This document shows positions 51,640-62,646 of a stretch of 64,000 nt of DNA, one piece after another. Made by a program: the position numbers and the translations under genes. The first letter of the stretch is position 1. The number at the start of each line of letters is the position of its first letter. The DNA lies in the NCBI GenBank assembly GCA_963794325.1, contig CAWCDG010000005.1, positions 64,001 through 128,000 of the forward strand, read 5' to 3'. The notes below the pieces were generated by a model. That model made no database searches and was not told the DNA's origin. It saw only the letters and a list, made by a program, of their open reading frames with translations. Origin of the DNA: an uncultured delta proteobacterium (GTDB lineage: Bacteria > Desulfobacterota > Binatia > Binatales > Binataceae).

Positions 51640-53130
51640 TCAGGCCGGCCCAGTAAAGAAATTCAACGACCGATTCGCAAACGAAATAATCGGCGACCAG
51701 TACAGTCCAAATACAATCGTCGCGCAGACCAGCACTCCCATCAGGCCGTAGTTCCACGAATCGAAGCGCACCGTGCCTTCGTCGCCGCGCGGCTGCTCGA
51801 AGAACATAATGCGAATCGGCTTCAAGTAGTAATACAGCGACACTACTGAATTGAGTATTCCGACAATAGCCAGTATGTAGAACTGACCTTTAATCACTGC
51901 CGCGAACAAATAGAATTTACCAATGAAGCCCACGGTCAGTGGGATACCAGTCAGCGAAAAAAGAAATATAGTCAGTGCGACCGCCGGAACGATTCCGCCG
52001 CGCCACGCCAGCCCGCGGTATGCCTCAACATCCTCGCGGCCGGTCGAGTTCGCGACAATCATGACTACCAGGAACGCCCCTGCGTCCATTACGTAGTAGG
52101 CGAACAGGTAGAACAGCATCGCGCGGATGCCGTCGTTCGAGAGCACGACGAATCCCATCAACGCGTAACCGGCCTGCGCGATACTGGAATACGCGAGCAG
52201 CCGCTTCATGTTGGTCTGCTGCAGCGCCGCGAGATTGCCGAGCGTCATCGTAATGATGCAGACGAACAGAAGCAGTTGCGGCCAATCGACTCCCGCAAGC
52301 GCGGTCCAGCTACCGCCCGCCGTCAGATGCGAAATAGCAGGGAAGAAAAAGCGCGTCAGTAGTGCAAAGCCCGCGGCCTTCGATCCGATCGCGAGGAAAG
52401 TCGTAATCGGAATCGGCGCGCCGGTGTAAACGTCGGGCGCCCACATATGAAACGGCACCGACGAAACCTTGTAGCCCATCCCGGTCAGGATCAGCACCAG
52501 CGCGATGAACACGGCGAGGACCGGCAGATGCGCCGGCGTCGAGAGCGCCTTGTTGATCACGCTGAAGTCGAGCGAGCCGGTGATTCCGAAAATCCAGCTC
52601 ATCCCGTAAATCATCGTGCCCGACGCGACGCCGCCGTAAATCAAATACTTGAGTGCGGCTTCGAGCGAGCGCCGGTTGTGTCGCAGAAACCCGGTCAGAA
52701 TGTACGAGGTCAGGCTGACGAACTCGAGCGACAGGTACGCCATCAGCAGATTCGCCGACTCGGCCATCAGGAACATCGCGAAGGTGCTCGCGAGCAGTAT
52801 CGCGTAGTACTCGCCCTGGTCGCAGTTTTTCACTTCCTCGGACCCGATCGACATCCAGATGGCCACCACGGCCGCCAATGCGATCAGCGCGCGGAAGTAA
52901 ATCGCGAACGAATCGAAAACCAACATCCGGTGGAATAGCCATGCACCGCCGGGGAGCGCCGGCTCCAGGGCAATCCGGATCAGCGCCACCGCGGCGACGA
53001 TCAGCGCCACTGCGCCGATGGCCGATTTGTCGCGCACGATCAAATCGATGATCACGATCGCCAGAACTCCGACGGCAAGGACCGTCTCCGGCATGAAGTG
53101 TTGCAGGCTCGCGAGGTTTCCGAGATCCAT
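51640..53130 (-). CDS. nuoN: NADH-quinone oxidoreductase subunit N
   Basis: EAALKY, KVSSVPFHMWAPDVYTGAP, KRLLAYSSIA. Confidence 0.95.
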   Translation of the reverse strand: MDLGNLASLQHFMPETVLAVGVLAIVIIDLIVRDKSAIGAVALIVAAVALIRIALEPALPGGAWLFHRMLVFDSFAIYFRALIALAAVVAIWMSIGSEEVKNCDQGEYYAILLASTFAMFLMAESANLLMAYLSLEFVSLTSYILTGFLRHNRRSLEAALKYLIYGGVASGTMIYGMSWIFGITGSLDFSVINKALSTPAHLPVLAVFIALVLILTGMGYKVSSVPFHMWAPDVYTGAPIPITTFLAIGSKAAGFALLTRFFFPAISHLTAGGSWTALAGVDWPQLLLFVCIITMTLGNLAALQQTNMKRLLAYSSIAQAGYALMGFVVLSNDGIRAMLFYLFAYYVMDAGAFLVVMIVANSTGREDVEAYRGLAWRGGIVPAVALTIFLFSLTGIPLTVGFIGKFYLFAAVIKGQFYILAIVGILNSVVSLYYYLKPIRIMFFEQPRGDEGTVRFDSWNYGLMGVLVCATIVFGLYWSPIISFANRSLNFFTGPA

Positions 53131-53147
53131 CTACTTCCTGCCAAGCC

Positions 53148-54647
53148 CTAGTGAAGCATCGCGACGGCTGCGCCCGAGGTCGACAACACAACCTGGTTGA
53201 GATGCACCAGCGAAGTGTTGAGCAGGCCAATAATTGCATTCGGATAAACGCCGAGTATCAGCACGATGATCGCGAGCGGAACCAGCGTGAAGGCCTCGCG
53301 GAACGACAAATCCGGAAAGTCCTTGTACTTCTCATTGAGCGGGCCGAGATAGATTCGCTGGAAGGTCCAGAGTAGATAGCCCGCTGTGAGAATAGCGGTC
53401 GCCGCACCGAACGCGACCATCAGCGGATGCCTCGGCCATGCGCCGAGCAGCACCAGCACTTCCGAAATAAACGCGGACATCCCCGGCAGTCCCATGCCCG
53501 CGAAAAACGCAAACCCGGTAATCGCCGTGTATATCGGCATCTGCTGCGCGAGGCCGCCGAAGCCGTTTATCTCGCGATGGTGTGCGCGGTCGTAAATCAC
53601 GCCGACCAGGAGAAAGAGCATCGCCGTGATCGTTCCGTGATTGAACATCTGCAGCACGGCGCCGTTAATTCCCGCCGCCGTGAAGGCCGCCAGCCCGAGC
53701 ATCACGTAACCCATGTGACTAATCGACGAATAGGCAATCAACTTCTTATAGTCAGTCTGCGCCATCGCGCACATCGCGCCATATACTATGTTGATAGTGC
53801 CGATCACGCCGAGGAACAGCCACGCGAGCTGATAGCTGGCGGCAGGCAGCACCGCAAAATTGACGCGCAGAATGCCGTAAGTGCCCATCTTCAGCAGCAC
53901 GCCGGCGAGTATCACCGAGATGGCAGTGGGCGCTTCGACGTGCGCGTCGGGCAGCCAGGTATGGAACGGGAACGCGGGAATCTTGATCGCGAAGCCGATG
54001 AACAGTGCAATCCAGACTATTCGCTGAAACCCAATTGAGTAGTGACTCGAATTCGCCGCCAACTCAGTCAAATCAAAAGTTGGAGTAGCGCCGTAGTAAT
54101 ACAGTCCCAGCATCGCCAGCAGAATGAGTACTGAACCGAGCAGTGTATAGAGAAAAAACTTGATCGCGGCGTACTCGCGTCGCGGACCGCCCCAGATGCC
54201 GATAAGAAAGTACATCGGCAGCAGCATCACTTCCCAGAAAATATAGAAGAGGAAGAAATCGAGCGATACGAAGACGCCCATCATGCCGGTATCGAGCATC
54301 AGCAGCATCGCGTAGTAGCCCTTCTCCGCGCGATTGATGCCGAAGCTGGCGAACACCGAGATGAACATGATCAGCGCCGTCAGCAGAATCATCGAGATGC
54401 TGATGCCGTCCACGCCGATGAAGTAGCTAATGTGGTACGCGGGCATCCACGATGCTTTCTCGGCGAACTGCACCGCGCTGGTGGTCGTGTCGAAGTTCTC
54501 GTAGAGGTAAATGGCTATCAGCAGTTGCGGAATCGTCGCCGCGACCGCGATCCACTTCGATAGATTCTTCATCGAGTCGGGCAGCGCGAGAATCAGGATC
54601 ATCCCGGCGATCGGAACAAAGGTTATCAGCGTAAGCGCGTGACTCAT
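53148..54647 (-). CDS. nuoM: NADH-quinone oxidoreductase subunit M
   Basis: FWEVMLLPMY, PFHTWLPDAHVEAPT, KKLIAYSSISHMG. Confidence 0.95.
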   Translation of the reverse strand: MSHALTLITFVPIAGMILILALPDSMKNLSKWIAVAATIPQLLIAIYLYENFDTTTSAVQFAEKASWMPAYHISYFIGVDGISISMILLTALIMFISVFASFGINRAEKGYYAMLLMLDTGMMGVFVSLDFFLFYIFWEVMLLPMYFLIGIWGGPRREYAAIKFFLYTLLGSVLILLAMLGLYYYGATPTFDLTELAANSSHYSIGFQRIVWIALFIGFAIKIPAFPFHTWLPDAHVEAPTAISVILAGVLLKMGTYGILRVNFAVLPAASYQLAWLFLGVIGTINIVYGAMCAMAQTDYKKLIAYSSISHMGYVMLGLAAFTAAGINGAVLQMFNHGTITAMLFLLVGVIYDRAHHREINGFGGLAQQMPIYTAITGFAFFAGMGLPGMSAFISEVLVLLGAWPRHPLMVAFGAATAILTAGYLLWTFQRIYLGPLNEKYKDFPDLSFREAFTLVPLAIIVLILGVYPNAIIGLLNTSLVHLNQVVLSTSGAAVAMLH

Positions 54648-54684
54648 TTCAATTTTCGCTCTTCCCGTTTCCCTTGATAGCTCG

Positions 54685-56760
54685 TCATGCTCTCGCAACC
54701 GCGCGCGCCAGCAGTATCAACATCACGGCGGCCAGAATTCCGTACAGGTATCCATTGATCGAACCGGTCTGCAGCCGGCGGAGCCTGCCGCCGACGTTAT
54801 AGGTCACGTTCGAGGCGAAGTTCACCAGCCAATCGACTACGTAATGGTCGAATAGTCCGGACAGCCACGACACAAATACTATTACGCGCGCCGCGAGATT
54901 CACGAATCCGTCGATGATGTTAGTATCGAACCACGCCAGCGCGCGCGTCGCCATCAGGTACGGCTGTACTATTGCTCGATCGTAAAATTCATCGACGTAG
55001 TATTTGTTGAATACCCATTCGTAAGGCACTCCGCCGAGCATCTGACTAAAGCGCGCGGGATCCAACCGATCCCGACGGTACATCAAATCGGCAATGTACC
55101 ATCCGGCGATAACCACTATAACGGTGATAACTGCGAATCCCGCTTCCATGCTGTGGCTATGTATTCCAGCTTCGGTGACTTGGCGAGTCGCCTCTGAACT
55201 GAAGATCGGATCCAGGAATTCCTCGAACGGCTTGAACGAGACCATGAACTCCGGCCACTTCAGCCATCCGCCGATGAGCGAAAGGGAGCCAAGTACGATG
55301 AGCACGTACGACATCGACGGCGGCGATTCGTGCAGATGATGTTCCTGCTCGTGCGTGCCGCGGAACTCGCCGAAGAAAGTCATATACACCTGGCGCGACA
55401 TGTAGAAGACGGTGAACCCCGCGCCGAGCAGCAGGAACGCCCACACGACGAAATGTCCGTGCGAGAACGCCTGCCAAATGATCTCGTCTTTCGAAAAGAA
55501 CCCGGCGAACGGGAAAATGCCGCAGAGCGCGAAGGTCGCCGCCACGAAGGTCCAGAAGGTGATCGGCATCTTGTGCCGCAGACCGCCCATCTTGCGCATG
55601 TCCTGCTCGCCGCCCATCGCGTGAATCACCGAGCCGCTGCCGAGAAACAGGCATGCCTTGAAGAACGCATGCGTCATCAGATGGAACACGCCGGCCGCGT
55701 ATGCGCCGACGCCCAACGCCGCGAACATGTATCCGAGCTGGCTCACGGTCGAGTACGCGAGCACTTTCTTGATGTCGTTTTGCGCGATGCCGATGGTCGC
55801 TGCGAAGAGCGCAGTCGCTCCACCGACCAGCGCAATCACGCCCATCGTGAACGGCGACATCGAGAATAAAAAGTTGAGGCGCGCCACCATGTACACGCCG
55901 GCCGTGACCATCGTCGCCGCATGGATCAGCGCGCTGACGGGAGTCGGGCCGGCCATCGCGTCCGGCAGCCAGACGAACAAGGGAATCTGCGCAGATTTTC
56001 CCGTCGCACCGATGAACATCAACAGCGTGACGAATCCGACCAGAGTGTGCCCCGAGAGAAATCCCGCGAAACCTATCGGCACGCCGGCGAGCAGCGGCGC
56101 GTACTTCGCGACCTCGCGCGTCACCAAGGTCGGATGCCCGAGCGCTTGCAGGCCGGCGAACAAACTGTACAGCGCGATCACGAACGCAAGGTCGCCGACG
56201 CGATTCACGATGAACGCCTTGTTGCCCGCCGTTGAGTTCGCCTGCACCTTGTACCAGAAGCCGATCAGCGCGAACGAGCACAGCCCCACGCCTTCCCATC
56301 CGACGAACATCAGCCACATGTTGTCGCCCAGCACCAGCACCAGCATCGCGAAGGTGAACAGATTGAGCCATCCGAAAAATCGCCAGTAGCCGTCGTCGTC
56401 GTGCATGTAACCGGTCGAGTAGATGTGGATGAGCCCGCCGACGCCGGTGATGATCAGCGTCATGATCATCGACAGCGGGTCGAGCCAGAACGCGATGTCG
56501 AGATTCAGGCCGCCGACGTCGAACCACTTCCAGAGGTCGTCGAGCATGAAACGATTTTCCGGCGGCAGCCCGATCATTCCGAAAAACGCGCGCACTGCAA
56601 GAATGAATGCGAAGATCACAACGCCGCATCCGACGAAGCTGATCGCGCGCTTGCCGAAGGTCTTCTGCAGCCAGGCGCCGGCAAGAAAATTGATCGTCGC
56701 GCCGATCAGCGGCAGCAGAATGATCAGTCGAATGAAAGTAACCGGAATCGGATGATCCAT
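54685..56760 (-). CDS. nuoL: NADH-quinone oxidoreductase subunit L
   Basis: GWEGVG, GKSAQIPL..WLPDAMAGPTPVSALIHAATMV, HAFFKA. Confidence 0.96.
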   Translation of the reverse strand: MDHPIPVTFIRLIILLPLIGATINFLAGAWLQKTFGKRAISFVGCGVVIFAFILAVRAFFGMIGLPPENRFMLDDLWKWFDVGGLNLDIAFWLDPLSMIMTLIITGVGGLIHIYSTGYMHDDDGYWRFFGWLNLFTFAMLVLVLGDNMWLMFVGWEGVGLCSFALIGFWYKVQANSTAGNKAFIVNRVGDLAFVIALYSLFAGLQALGHPTLVTREVAKYAPLLAGVPIGFAGFLSGHTLVGFVTLLMFIGATGKSAQIPLFVWLPDAMAGPTPVSALIHAATMVTAGVYMVARLNFLFSMSPFTMGVIALVGGATALFAATIGIAQNDIKKVLAYSTVSQLGYMFAALGVGAYAAGVFHLMTHAFFKACLFLGSGSVIHAMGGEQDMRKMGGLRHKMPITFWTFVAATFALCGIFPFAGFFSKDEIIWQAFSHGHFVVWAFLLLGAGFTVFYMSRQVYMTFFGEFRGTHEQEHHLHESPPSMSYVLIVLGSLSLIGGWLKWPEFMVSFKPFEEFLDPIFSSEATRQVTEAGIHSHSMEAGFAVITVIVVIAGWYIADLMYRRDRLDPARFSQMLGGVPYEWVFNKYYVDEFYDRAIVQPYLMATRALAWFDTNIIDGFVNLAARVIVFVSWLSGLFDHYVVDWLVNFASNVTYNVGGRLRRLQTGSINGYLYGILAAVMLILLARAVARA

Positions 56761-56767
56761 CTCTCAG

Positions 56768-57082
56768 CTATCCACGCAGCGATTCGGTCGCATCGACGTC
56801 GATCGTCTTGAAGTTCTGATAAATCGCCAGCACCACCGCCAATCCGATGACCGCCTCCGCGGCCGCCAGCATGATTACGAAGATCGCAAAAATCTGCCCA
56901 TCGTATTTCCCGCCGCCGTAAAATGCGAACGCAAGATAGTTGATATTGGCGGAATTGAGTATCAGCTCGACGCCCATCAGGATTCCGATCGCGTTGCGGC
57001 GGGTCAGAACCGTGAACAGCCCGAGCGAAAACACGATCAGGCTAAGCACCAGGAAATGGTTAAGCGTTATTCCCCCGCCCAT
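56768..57082 (-). CDS. nuoK: NADH-quinone oxidoreductase subunit K
   Basis: RRN..LMGVELILN, AAAEAVIGLA. Confidence 0.95.
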   Translation of the reverse strand: MGGGITLNHFLVLSLIVFSLGLFTVLTRRNAIGILMGVELILNSANINYLAFAFYGGGKYDGQIFAIFVIMLAAAEAVIGLAVVLAIYQNFKTIDVDATESLRG

Positions 57083-57104
57083 CTCTTACGATTCTCCCCC
57101 TCCC

Positions 57105-57602
57105 CTATTCCCGCGCTTCGTGGCGCGAAATCACTATCGCGCCGATGAGAGCCGCCAACAGCACCAACGACGCGACCTCGAACGGCAGCACGTAATCGCC
57201 GAGGAACGCGTTTCCGATCGCGTAGGTGGTCGGCGCGGCGGTGACTGCTGCCGCTTGATGCCATTGCGTGCGCTCGATCGCGTACAACATCACCATCCCG
57301 GCGATACCTACTGTGAAGATTCCTGCGCCTCTTCCGACCGCGCGATTCGATACTGTCACGTCGCCGATTCCCGCCGTCAGCATTACCGCGAAGATAGTCA
57401 GTACCAATATCCCGCCGACGTAAACGAGCAACTGGACCATCGCGACGAAGTCCGCGGCGAGCAGAATGTAAATACCTACTACGCCCATGAACGCGCCGAG
57501 CAGCGCGAATGTCGAATAAACTATGTTGCGCGAGAACGCTACTAACATCGCCGACCCGACCGTCATCGCGGCTAGCGCATAGAATATTACCTGTGCAAGC
57601 AT
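57105..57602 (-). CDS. nuoJ: NADH-quinone oxidoreductase subunit J
   Basis: QLLVYVGGILVL, PFEVASLVLLAALIGA. Confidence 0.95.
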   Translation of the reverse strand: MLAQVIFYALAAMTVGSAMLVAFSRNIVYSTFALLGAFMGVVGIYILLAADFVAMVQLLVYVGGILVLTIFAVMLTAGIGDVTVSNRAVGRGAGIFTVGIAGMVMLYAIERTQWHQAAAVTAAPTTYAIGNAFLGDYVLPFEVASLVLLAALIGAIVISRHEARE

Positions 57603-57641
57603 CGATTCGATCTTCCCCGGGTTGTTGCCAAGCCGCGCGGG

Positions 57642-58208
57642 TTACGCCGGCTCTTCTTCGGCCGGCTTCTCGCCACCGGGTTGCGCCCACTGATCGAGGT
57701 ACGTCATGCCGCGATTAAGAATCGGGGCGATTTGAGGATCGGTCTCCGGCCCCTTTTTGGGCTTGTACGCCATCACCGGATCCTTGACGAAGCGGCGAAT
57801 CAGACTCTCGAGCGAGTAATCGGCGCCCTCGAACTCGGTTGTGTGATGGATCGAGCCGGTTGGGCATGGCTCGCTGCAGAGCCCGCAATACATGCACTTT
57901 GCGATGTCGATGTCGAACTGCGACAGCAGCATCTGGCGCGTCTGCGGGTCTTTATCGACAACAATCACGATGCAATCGATCGGGCACGCGCGCTCGCACG
58001 CCAGGCATCCGGTGCAGATTTCGAGATCGACCTCGAGGATTCCGCGATAACGGAACGGCAGGGTGTCCTGCACGCGCACCGGCATCCGATCCGGATACTG
58101 CACCGTGTACGGCTTGCGCATGAAATGCGAGGCCGTCACCGCCATGCCCTCGAAGATGCTGGTGACTGCGTCTTTTATATTAGTTACGTATTCCGAAACC
58201 GCGCTCAT
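57642..58208 (-). CDS. nuoI: NADH-quinone oxidoreductase subunit I
   Basis: Two CxxCxxCxxxCP motifs, TVQYP, RYRG. Confidence 0.93.
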   Translation of the reverse strand: MSAVSEYVTNIKDAVTSIFEGMAVTASHFMRKPYTVQYPDRMPVRVQDTLPFRYRGILEVDLEICTGCLACERACPIDCIVIVVDKDPQTRQMLLSQFDIDIAKCMYCGLCSEPCPTGSIHHTTEFEGADYSLESLIRRFVKDPVMAYKPKKGPETDPQIAPILNRGMTYLDQWAQPGGEKPAEEEPA

Positions 58209-58217
58209 CAATAGCCT

Positions 58218-59408
58218 CTATATAGTCGGATTGAAGTATACTTCCATCCGCGAACGCCGGAGATAGTATATGACCCGCTGAGTGAATACTGCGGCCAGCG
58301 CTATCGCAGCCGCCAACATGATATAGCCCATTAGTGAGTTGCCGTCGGGCCAAATAGCTACCCACACCGCGGTTCCGATCATATTCACAAACGAAATCGG
58401 GACGAAGTATTTCCAGCAAAGTGTCATTAGCTGATCGATACGCACTCGCGGCAGCGTCGCCCGTATCCACATCGAGACGAAGACCAGGAATAGTACTTTG
58501 ACGTTGAAGGTGAGCGCCTCAAGGATGTTCATCATGACGACATTGTTGGTCACGTGCGGGAACTGCCAACCGCCGAGGAACAGCGTCGCGATTATCGCGC
58601 CGATGATGAACAGGTTTCCCCATTCCGCCATGAAGAAGAACAGGTAGCGCATGCCGCTGTACTCGGTGGCGAAACCGGCCACCAGTTCGGACTCCGCTTC
58701 GGGCAAATCGAACGGCGTGCGGTTGCCCTCGGCGAGCGCGGAAATATAAAGGATGTTGGCGGCGACGAATGTGAACGGATTCGCGAACAGGAACCAGTGC
58801 TGCGGAGCCCATCCCTGCGCGCGAATGATTCCCTGCATCGAGAGCGTGCCGGTCATCAGGACGACCGGGAAGATCGAAAGCCCCGCGGGAATTTCGTAAC
58901 TGACTATTTGCGCCGCCGACCGTATTCCGCCGATCAGCGACCACTTGTCATTCGACGCCCATCCCGCCATCAGGACGCCGACCACGGTAAGCGCGGTCAC
59001 CGACGTCATATAGAGGATGCCGACGTTCAGGTCGGCGAGGATCAGCGACGACGAGAACGGCATCACCGCCCACGGCAGGGTGAACGCCAGCATCACGAGG
59101 TACGGCGCCATCTTGAACAGGGGAGCGTCGGATTCGTCGGGAATAATGTCTTCCTTGCAGACGTGTTTGACGCCGTCGGCCAGCCATTGCAGGAAGCCTT
59201 GCGGACCGACGCGATTCGGGCCCACCCGCGACTGGATTCGCGCCCACACTCGACGCTCGGCCCAGCTGACGATTCCCGCGAAGGGAAACGCGACGCCGAG
59301 GAAGACCACGGCGCTCATTATGAATACGACGATTGCGGCGACGAGGCTCGGCGAGGCGTTCTTACCGAACGCGCCCGACGCGATCAGATTGTGTACCAGT
59401 GTCTCCAT
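58218..59408 (-). CDS. nuoH: NADH-quinone oxidoreductase subunit H
   Basis: [29 protein letters not shown]. Confidence 0.96.
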   Translation of the reverse strand: METLVHNLIASGAFGKNASPSLVAAIVVFIMSAVVFLGVAFPFAGIVSWAERRVWARIQSRVGPNRVGPQGFLQWLADGVKHVCKEDIIPDESDAPLFKMAPYLVMLAFTLPWAVMPFSSSLILADLNVGILYMTSVTALTVVGVLMAGWASNDKWSLIGGIRSAAQIVSYEIPAGLSIFPVVLMTGTLSMQGIIRAQGWAPQHWFLFANPFTFVAANILYISALAEGNRTPFDLPEAESELVAGFATEYSGMRYLFFFMAEWGNLFIIGAIIATLFLGGWQFPHVTNNVVMMNILEALTFNVKVLFLVFVSMWIRATLPRVRIDQLMTLCWKYFVPISFVNMIGTAVWVAIWPDGNSLMGYIMLAAAIALAAVFTQRVIYYLRRSRMEVYFNPTI

Positions 59409-59414
59409 CGAGGA

Positions 59415-60533
59415 TTAGCGATCGATCTCCGGCGCGATTACATCGAGGCTTGCGATAAGCGTCACGAGGTCCGCGATCATCAGTCCCGCGCTCAGCTTCT
59501 GGATGATTCCCATCGCGGCAAACGATCCGGTGCGGACGTGCACGCGCCACGGATAGCCGGTCCCGTCGCTCACGACGTACCATCCCATGTCGCCGCGTCC
59601 GCTCTCGAGCCGAATCTGGCACTCGCCGGCCGGCGGTTTGAAATTGCGCGCGACTTTCGCCAGCACCGGGCCGCCGGGAATCTTGTGCAGCGCCTGGCGC
59701 AGGATCTTCGACGACTCCGCCATCTCGCGAATCCGCACCACATAGCGATCCATCGAGTCGCCGAGCTTGCCCCAATGGCCGTCGCCAATCGGCACGTCGA
59801 ACTCGAACTCGGGATAGACCGAATACGGAATGTCCTTGCGGATGTCCCACTTGACTCCGCACGCGCGCAGATTCGGCCCGACCAGGTTGTAATTGACAGC
59901 CTCGGCGGGCGTGATCACGCCGACGTTGGCGAGCCGCTCGATATAAATTTTGTTCCAGGAGATGAGCGCGTTGTATTCCTCGAGGATCGGATCGAAATGA
60001 TCGAGGTACGCGAGCGCCTTCTCGCGCCATCCGGGCGGGAGGTCCCACGCCACGCCGCCGATTCGCATGTAGTTGAAGGTGAGCCGCGCGCCGCACAGCT
60101 CCTCGATCAGGTCGTTGATCATCTCGCGCTCGCGGATCGCATGAGTGAACGGTGTCACCGCTCCGATATCCATCGCCATCGCGCCGACTGACAGCAGATG
60201 CGACGCGATTCGGTTGAACTCCGCGGCGATCACGCGGCAGTACTCGCCGCGATGCGGCACTTCGATGTGCGCGAGCTTCTCGCAGGCCATTCCCCAACCC
60301 TGGTTGGTGAACATCGCGCATACGTAATCGACGCGGTCGGTGTACGGCATGAAGCCGTGGTAGCCGACCTTCTCCGCGATCTTTTCGATCGAGCGATGCA
60401 GGTAGCCGACGTCGGGAATCGCTTCGCGCATCACCTCGCCGTCGGCGCGCACCACGAAGCGCAGGACACCGTGCGTCGATGGATGCTGCGGGCCCATGTT
60501 GAGCGTCATTTCTTCGGTATGCAGCGTGCTCAT
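59415..60533 (-). CDS. nuoD: NADH-quinone oxidoreductase subunit D
   Basis: [28 protein letters not shown] end. Confidence 0.96.
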   Translation of the reverse strand: MSTLHTEEMTLNMGPQHPSTHGVLRFVVRADGEVMREAIPDVGYLHRSIEKIAEKVGYHGFMPYTDRVDYVCAMFTNQGWGMACEKLAHIEVPHRGEYCRVIAAEFNRIASHLLSVGAMAMDIGAVTPFTHAIREREMINDLIEELCGARLTFNYMRIGGVAWDLPPGWREKALAYLDHFDPILEEYNALISWNKIYIERLANVGVITPAEAVNYNLVGPNLRACGVKWDIRKDIPYSVYPEFEFDVPIGDGHWGKLGDSMDRYVVRIREMAESSKILRQALHKIPGGPVLAKVARNFKPPAGECQIRLESGRGDMGWYVVSDGTGYPWRVHVRTGSFAAMGIIQKLSAGLMIADLVTLIASLDVIAPEIDR

Positions 60534-61039
60534 TTCTTTTTGGTGTCGAGCCTGATTATCGGGCTCTCCCTGACGGTTGAGATTCCGTGGTATTCGGCCG
60601 GCTCGACGAAATCCTTGCGCTGTGGATGACCGATCCAGTCCTCCGGCATCAGGATTCGCCGCATGTCGCTATGCCCTTCGAAGTTGACGCCGATCAGATC
60701 GAAAATTTCGCGCTCCATCCAGTTGGCTGACTTCCACACGCCCTCGAGCGTCGCGACGCTGGGGTTGTCACGCGGCAGCTTCACTTTCAACACGGCGCCA
60801 TGGCGCTTCGAGTACGAGAACAGGTGATAGACCACCTCGATGCGGTCCTTGTAATCGACGCCGGTCTCGTTGGACAGACAGTCCATCGCGAGCTCGGGAT
60901 CGTCGTTCATGAATTTCCCGACCTCGACGATCGATTGCGGGTCGATCACCGCGAATGGATCCGGCTGTTTCTCGGAAATTTCCAGCACGCGGTCTGCGAA
61001 CTTGTTCTTGACCCGTTCGAGTATTTGAAGCGACTCCAT
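60530..61039 (-). CDS. nuoC: NADH-quinone oxidoreductase subunit C
   Basis: [33 protein letters not shown]. Confidence 0.95.
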   Translation of the reverse strand: MESLQILERVKNKFADRVLEISEKQPDPFAVIDPQSIVEVGKFMNDDPELAMDCLSNETGVDYKDRIEVVYHLFSYSKRHGAVLKVKLPRDNPSVATLEGVWKSANWMEREIFDLIGVNFEGHSDMRRILMPEDWIGHPQRKDFVEPAEYHGISTVRESPIIRLDTKKK

Positions 61040-61043
61040 CTAC

Positions 61044-61562
61044 TCAGGCAGCCGCGACCTGCTTGCCATTGCCGTTGCCATTAGGCGAGCGCACCAGCCA
61101 TCGCTCGGTCATCATCTTCTCCTGCAGCTTGAGCAGGCCTTCGGTGAGCGCCTCGGGACGCGGTGGGCATCCGGGGACGTACACGTCAACCGGCAGGATC
61201 TTGTCGACGCCGTCGCAGACCGAGTACGCAAGCTGGAACAGTCCGCCGCAGCTCGCGCACGAACCCATCGAGATGACGTACTTCGGATCGGGCATCTGAT
61301 CGTAGAGCAACCGCGTGCGCAGCGCCATTTTCAAGGTCAGCGTGCCCGCGACGATCATCAGATCAGACTGGCGCGCAGAGGCACGCGGCGTCGCGCCGAA
61401 ACGATCGATATCGGCGCGTGGGCCGCCGGTATGCATCAGCTCGATGGCGCAGCAAGCCAGGCCGAACAGCATGTACCAGATGCTCGATTTGCGCATCCAG
61501 TTCAGCAGCTCGTCGGTCTTGGTGGTCAGGACGTAATCAGGAAGCGTGTTCAACAGGGGCAT
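61044..61562 (-). CDS. nuoB: NADH-quinone oxidoreductase subunit B
   Basis: [25 protein letters not shown]. Confidence 0.96.
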   Translation of the reverse strand: MPLLNTLPDYVLTTKTDELLNWMRKSSIWYMLFGLACCAIELMHTGGPRADIDRFGATPRASARQSDLMIVAGTLTLKMALRTRLLYDQMPDPKYVISMGSCASCGGLFQLAYSVCDGVDKILPVDVYVPGCPPRPEALTEGLLKLQEKMMTERWLVRSPNGNGNGKQVAAA

Positions 61563-61573
61563 AAAAACAAACC

Positions 61574-61966
61574 TCAGTTCTCGACCGGTACTTTTTTGAT
61601 CCATTCGAGGTCGTGCTTGACCCAAACGTAAACCAAGCCGACGAACAGAATCAGTAAAAAAATCAAAATTTCGCTGAGCGCGTACAGGCGGCGTCCCGAG
61701 CGCACCCATTCAAGGTAAACGGCGGCGATCGGATAAACGAAGGCGACCTCGACTTCGAACACCACGAAAATCAGCGCGATCAGGTAGAAGCGGACATTGA
61801 AATTGATCCATGCGCGGCCGGTCGGCGGCTCGCCGCATTCGTAGGGAATCAGCTTGCGATCGTACGGATTTTGCGGGGCGAGCAGCTTCTGCAGCCCGAA
61901 CATCAGGGCCACGAAGCCGATCCCGATGATCGTGAGGGCCAGCGGCACGCCAAAATTAAGATACAT
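61574..61966 (-). CDS. nuoA: NADH-quinone oxidoreductase subunit A
   Basis: [23 protein letters not shown]. Confidence 0.95.
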   Translation of the reverse strand: MYLNFGVPLALTIIGIGFVALMFGLQKLLAPQNPYDRKLIPYECGEPPTGRAWINFNVRFYLIALIFVVFEVEVAFVYPIAAVYLEWVRSGRRLYALSEILIFLLILFVGLVYVWVKHDLEWIKKVPVEN

Positions 61967-62076
61967 GTGATGTTACCGAGTCTTGATTAGTTGGACTGAA
62001 CAAGGCTGTCAAGAAGTATCGCTTCACCGGTGATTGTTTTCGCTTAAGTGCTACTTAATTCAAATCGGCAGCGCCG

Positions 62077-62607
62077 CTAACCGTTGGCGCTCGGACCTGC
62101 GGCGGCATCCAGACGTTTACGGATTTCGCGCAGCATGTCCTGGTCAATCCACGCTCCATGATGCTTCGGACACTCCATCTCTGCCAGTCCCACTTCGCCC
62201 GGGGCGGTCTCCGCTCTTGCGCTCAGTCTCGATCCGCAATCGGGACAGTCGATCTCCTTGGGATGCTTGTGACGCATTTCCTCGACGATCTCTTCGAGGC
62301 TGACGAAGATCCTTTCGCCCAGCGAATCGTGCCGAATCGCCGCCGCGTTCGCCAGGCGCATGCGTAACTGATCGGCCGCCTCCCGATCAACCCACGCGCC
62401 GTGATGCGTCGGACAGGCCATTCCGCCGACGCCGATCGCGACCCGGGCGTCGAGCGTCTGACCGCATTGCGGGCAGTTGATCGCCTTGGCGTACTTCCGG
62501 CGCAGCCTTTCGATTATTTCCTCATCGCGCTGTCGCGCCCATTGGTCCTCGCGAGCTTTCTCAGCGTGATGGAGCTTGTCGCCGAGACGATCCTTTTCGT
62601 CGCTCAT
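62077..62607 (-). CDS. Protein with an IF1/zeta-like N-terminal helix and two zf-TFIIB-like zinc ribbons
   Basis: GGAGAGG RBS; EKAREDQWARQRDEE; CPQC..CPTHHGAWVD and CPDC..CPKHHGAWID. Confidence 0.75.
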   Translation of the reverse strand: MSDEKDRLGDKLHHAEKAREDQWARQRDEEIIERLRRKYAKAINCPQCGQTLDARVAIGVGGMACPTHHGAWVDREAADQLRMRLANAAAIRHDSLGERIFVSLEEIVEEMRHKHPKEIDCPDCGSRLSARAETAPGEVGLAEMECPKHHGAWIDQDMLREIRKRLDAAAGPSANG

Positions 62608-62646
62608 GACTATCCTCTCCGGTGGAGATCTACCGGCGTTGATTGG

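Noticed and set aside
59415-61562. Group 4 [NiFe]-hydrogenase interpretation of the EFG-less operon
   Set aside because: NuoD lacks both Ni-binding CxxC motifs, NuoB has the complex I tandem CC, and nuoA, J and K are present.
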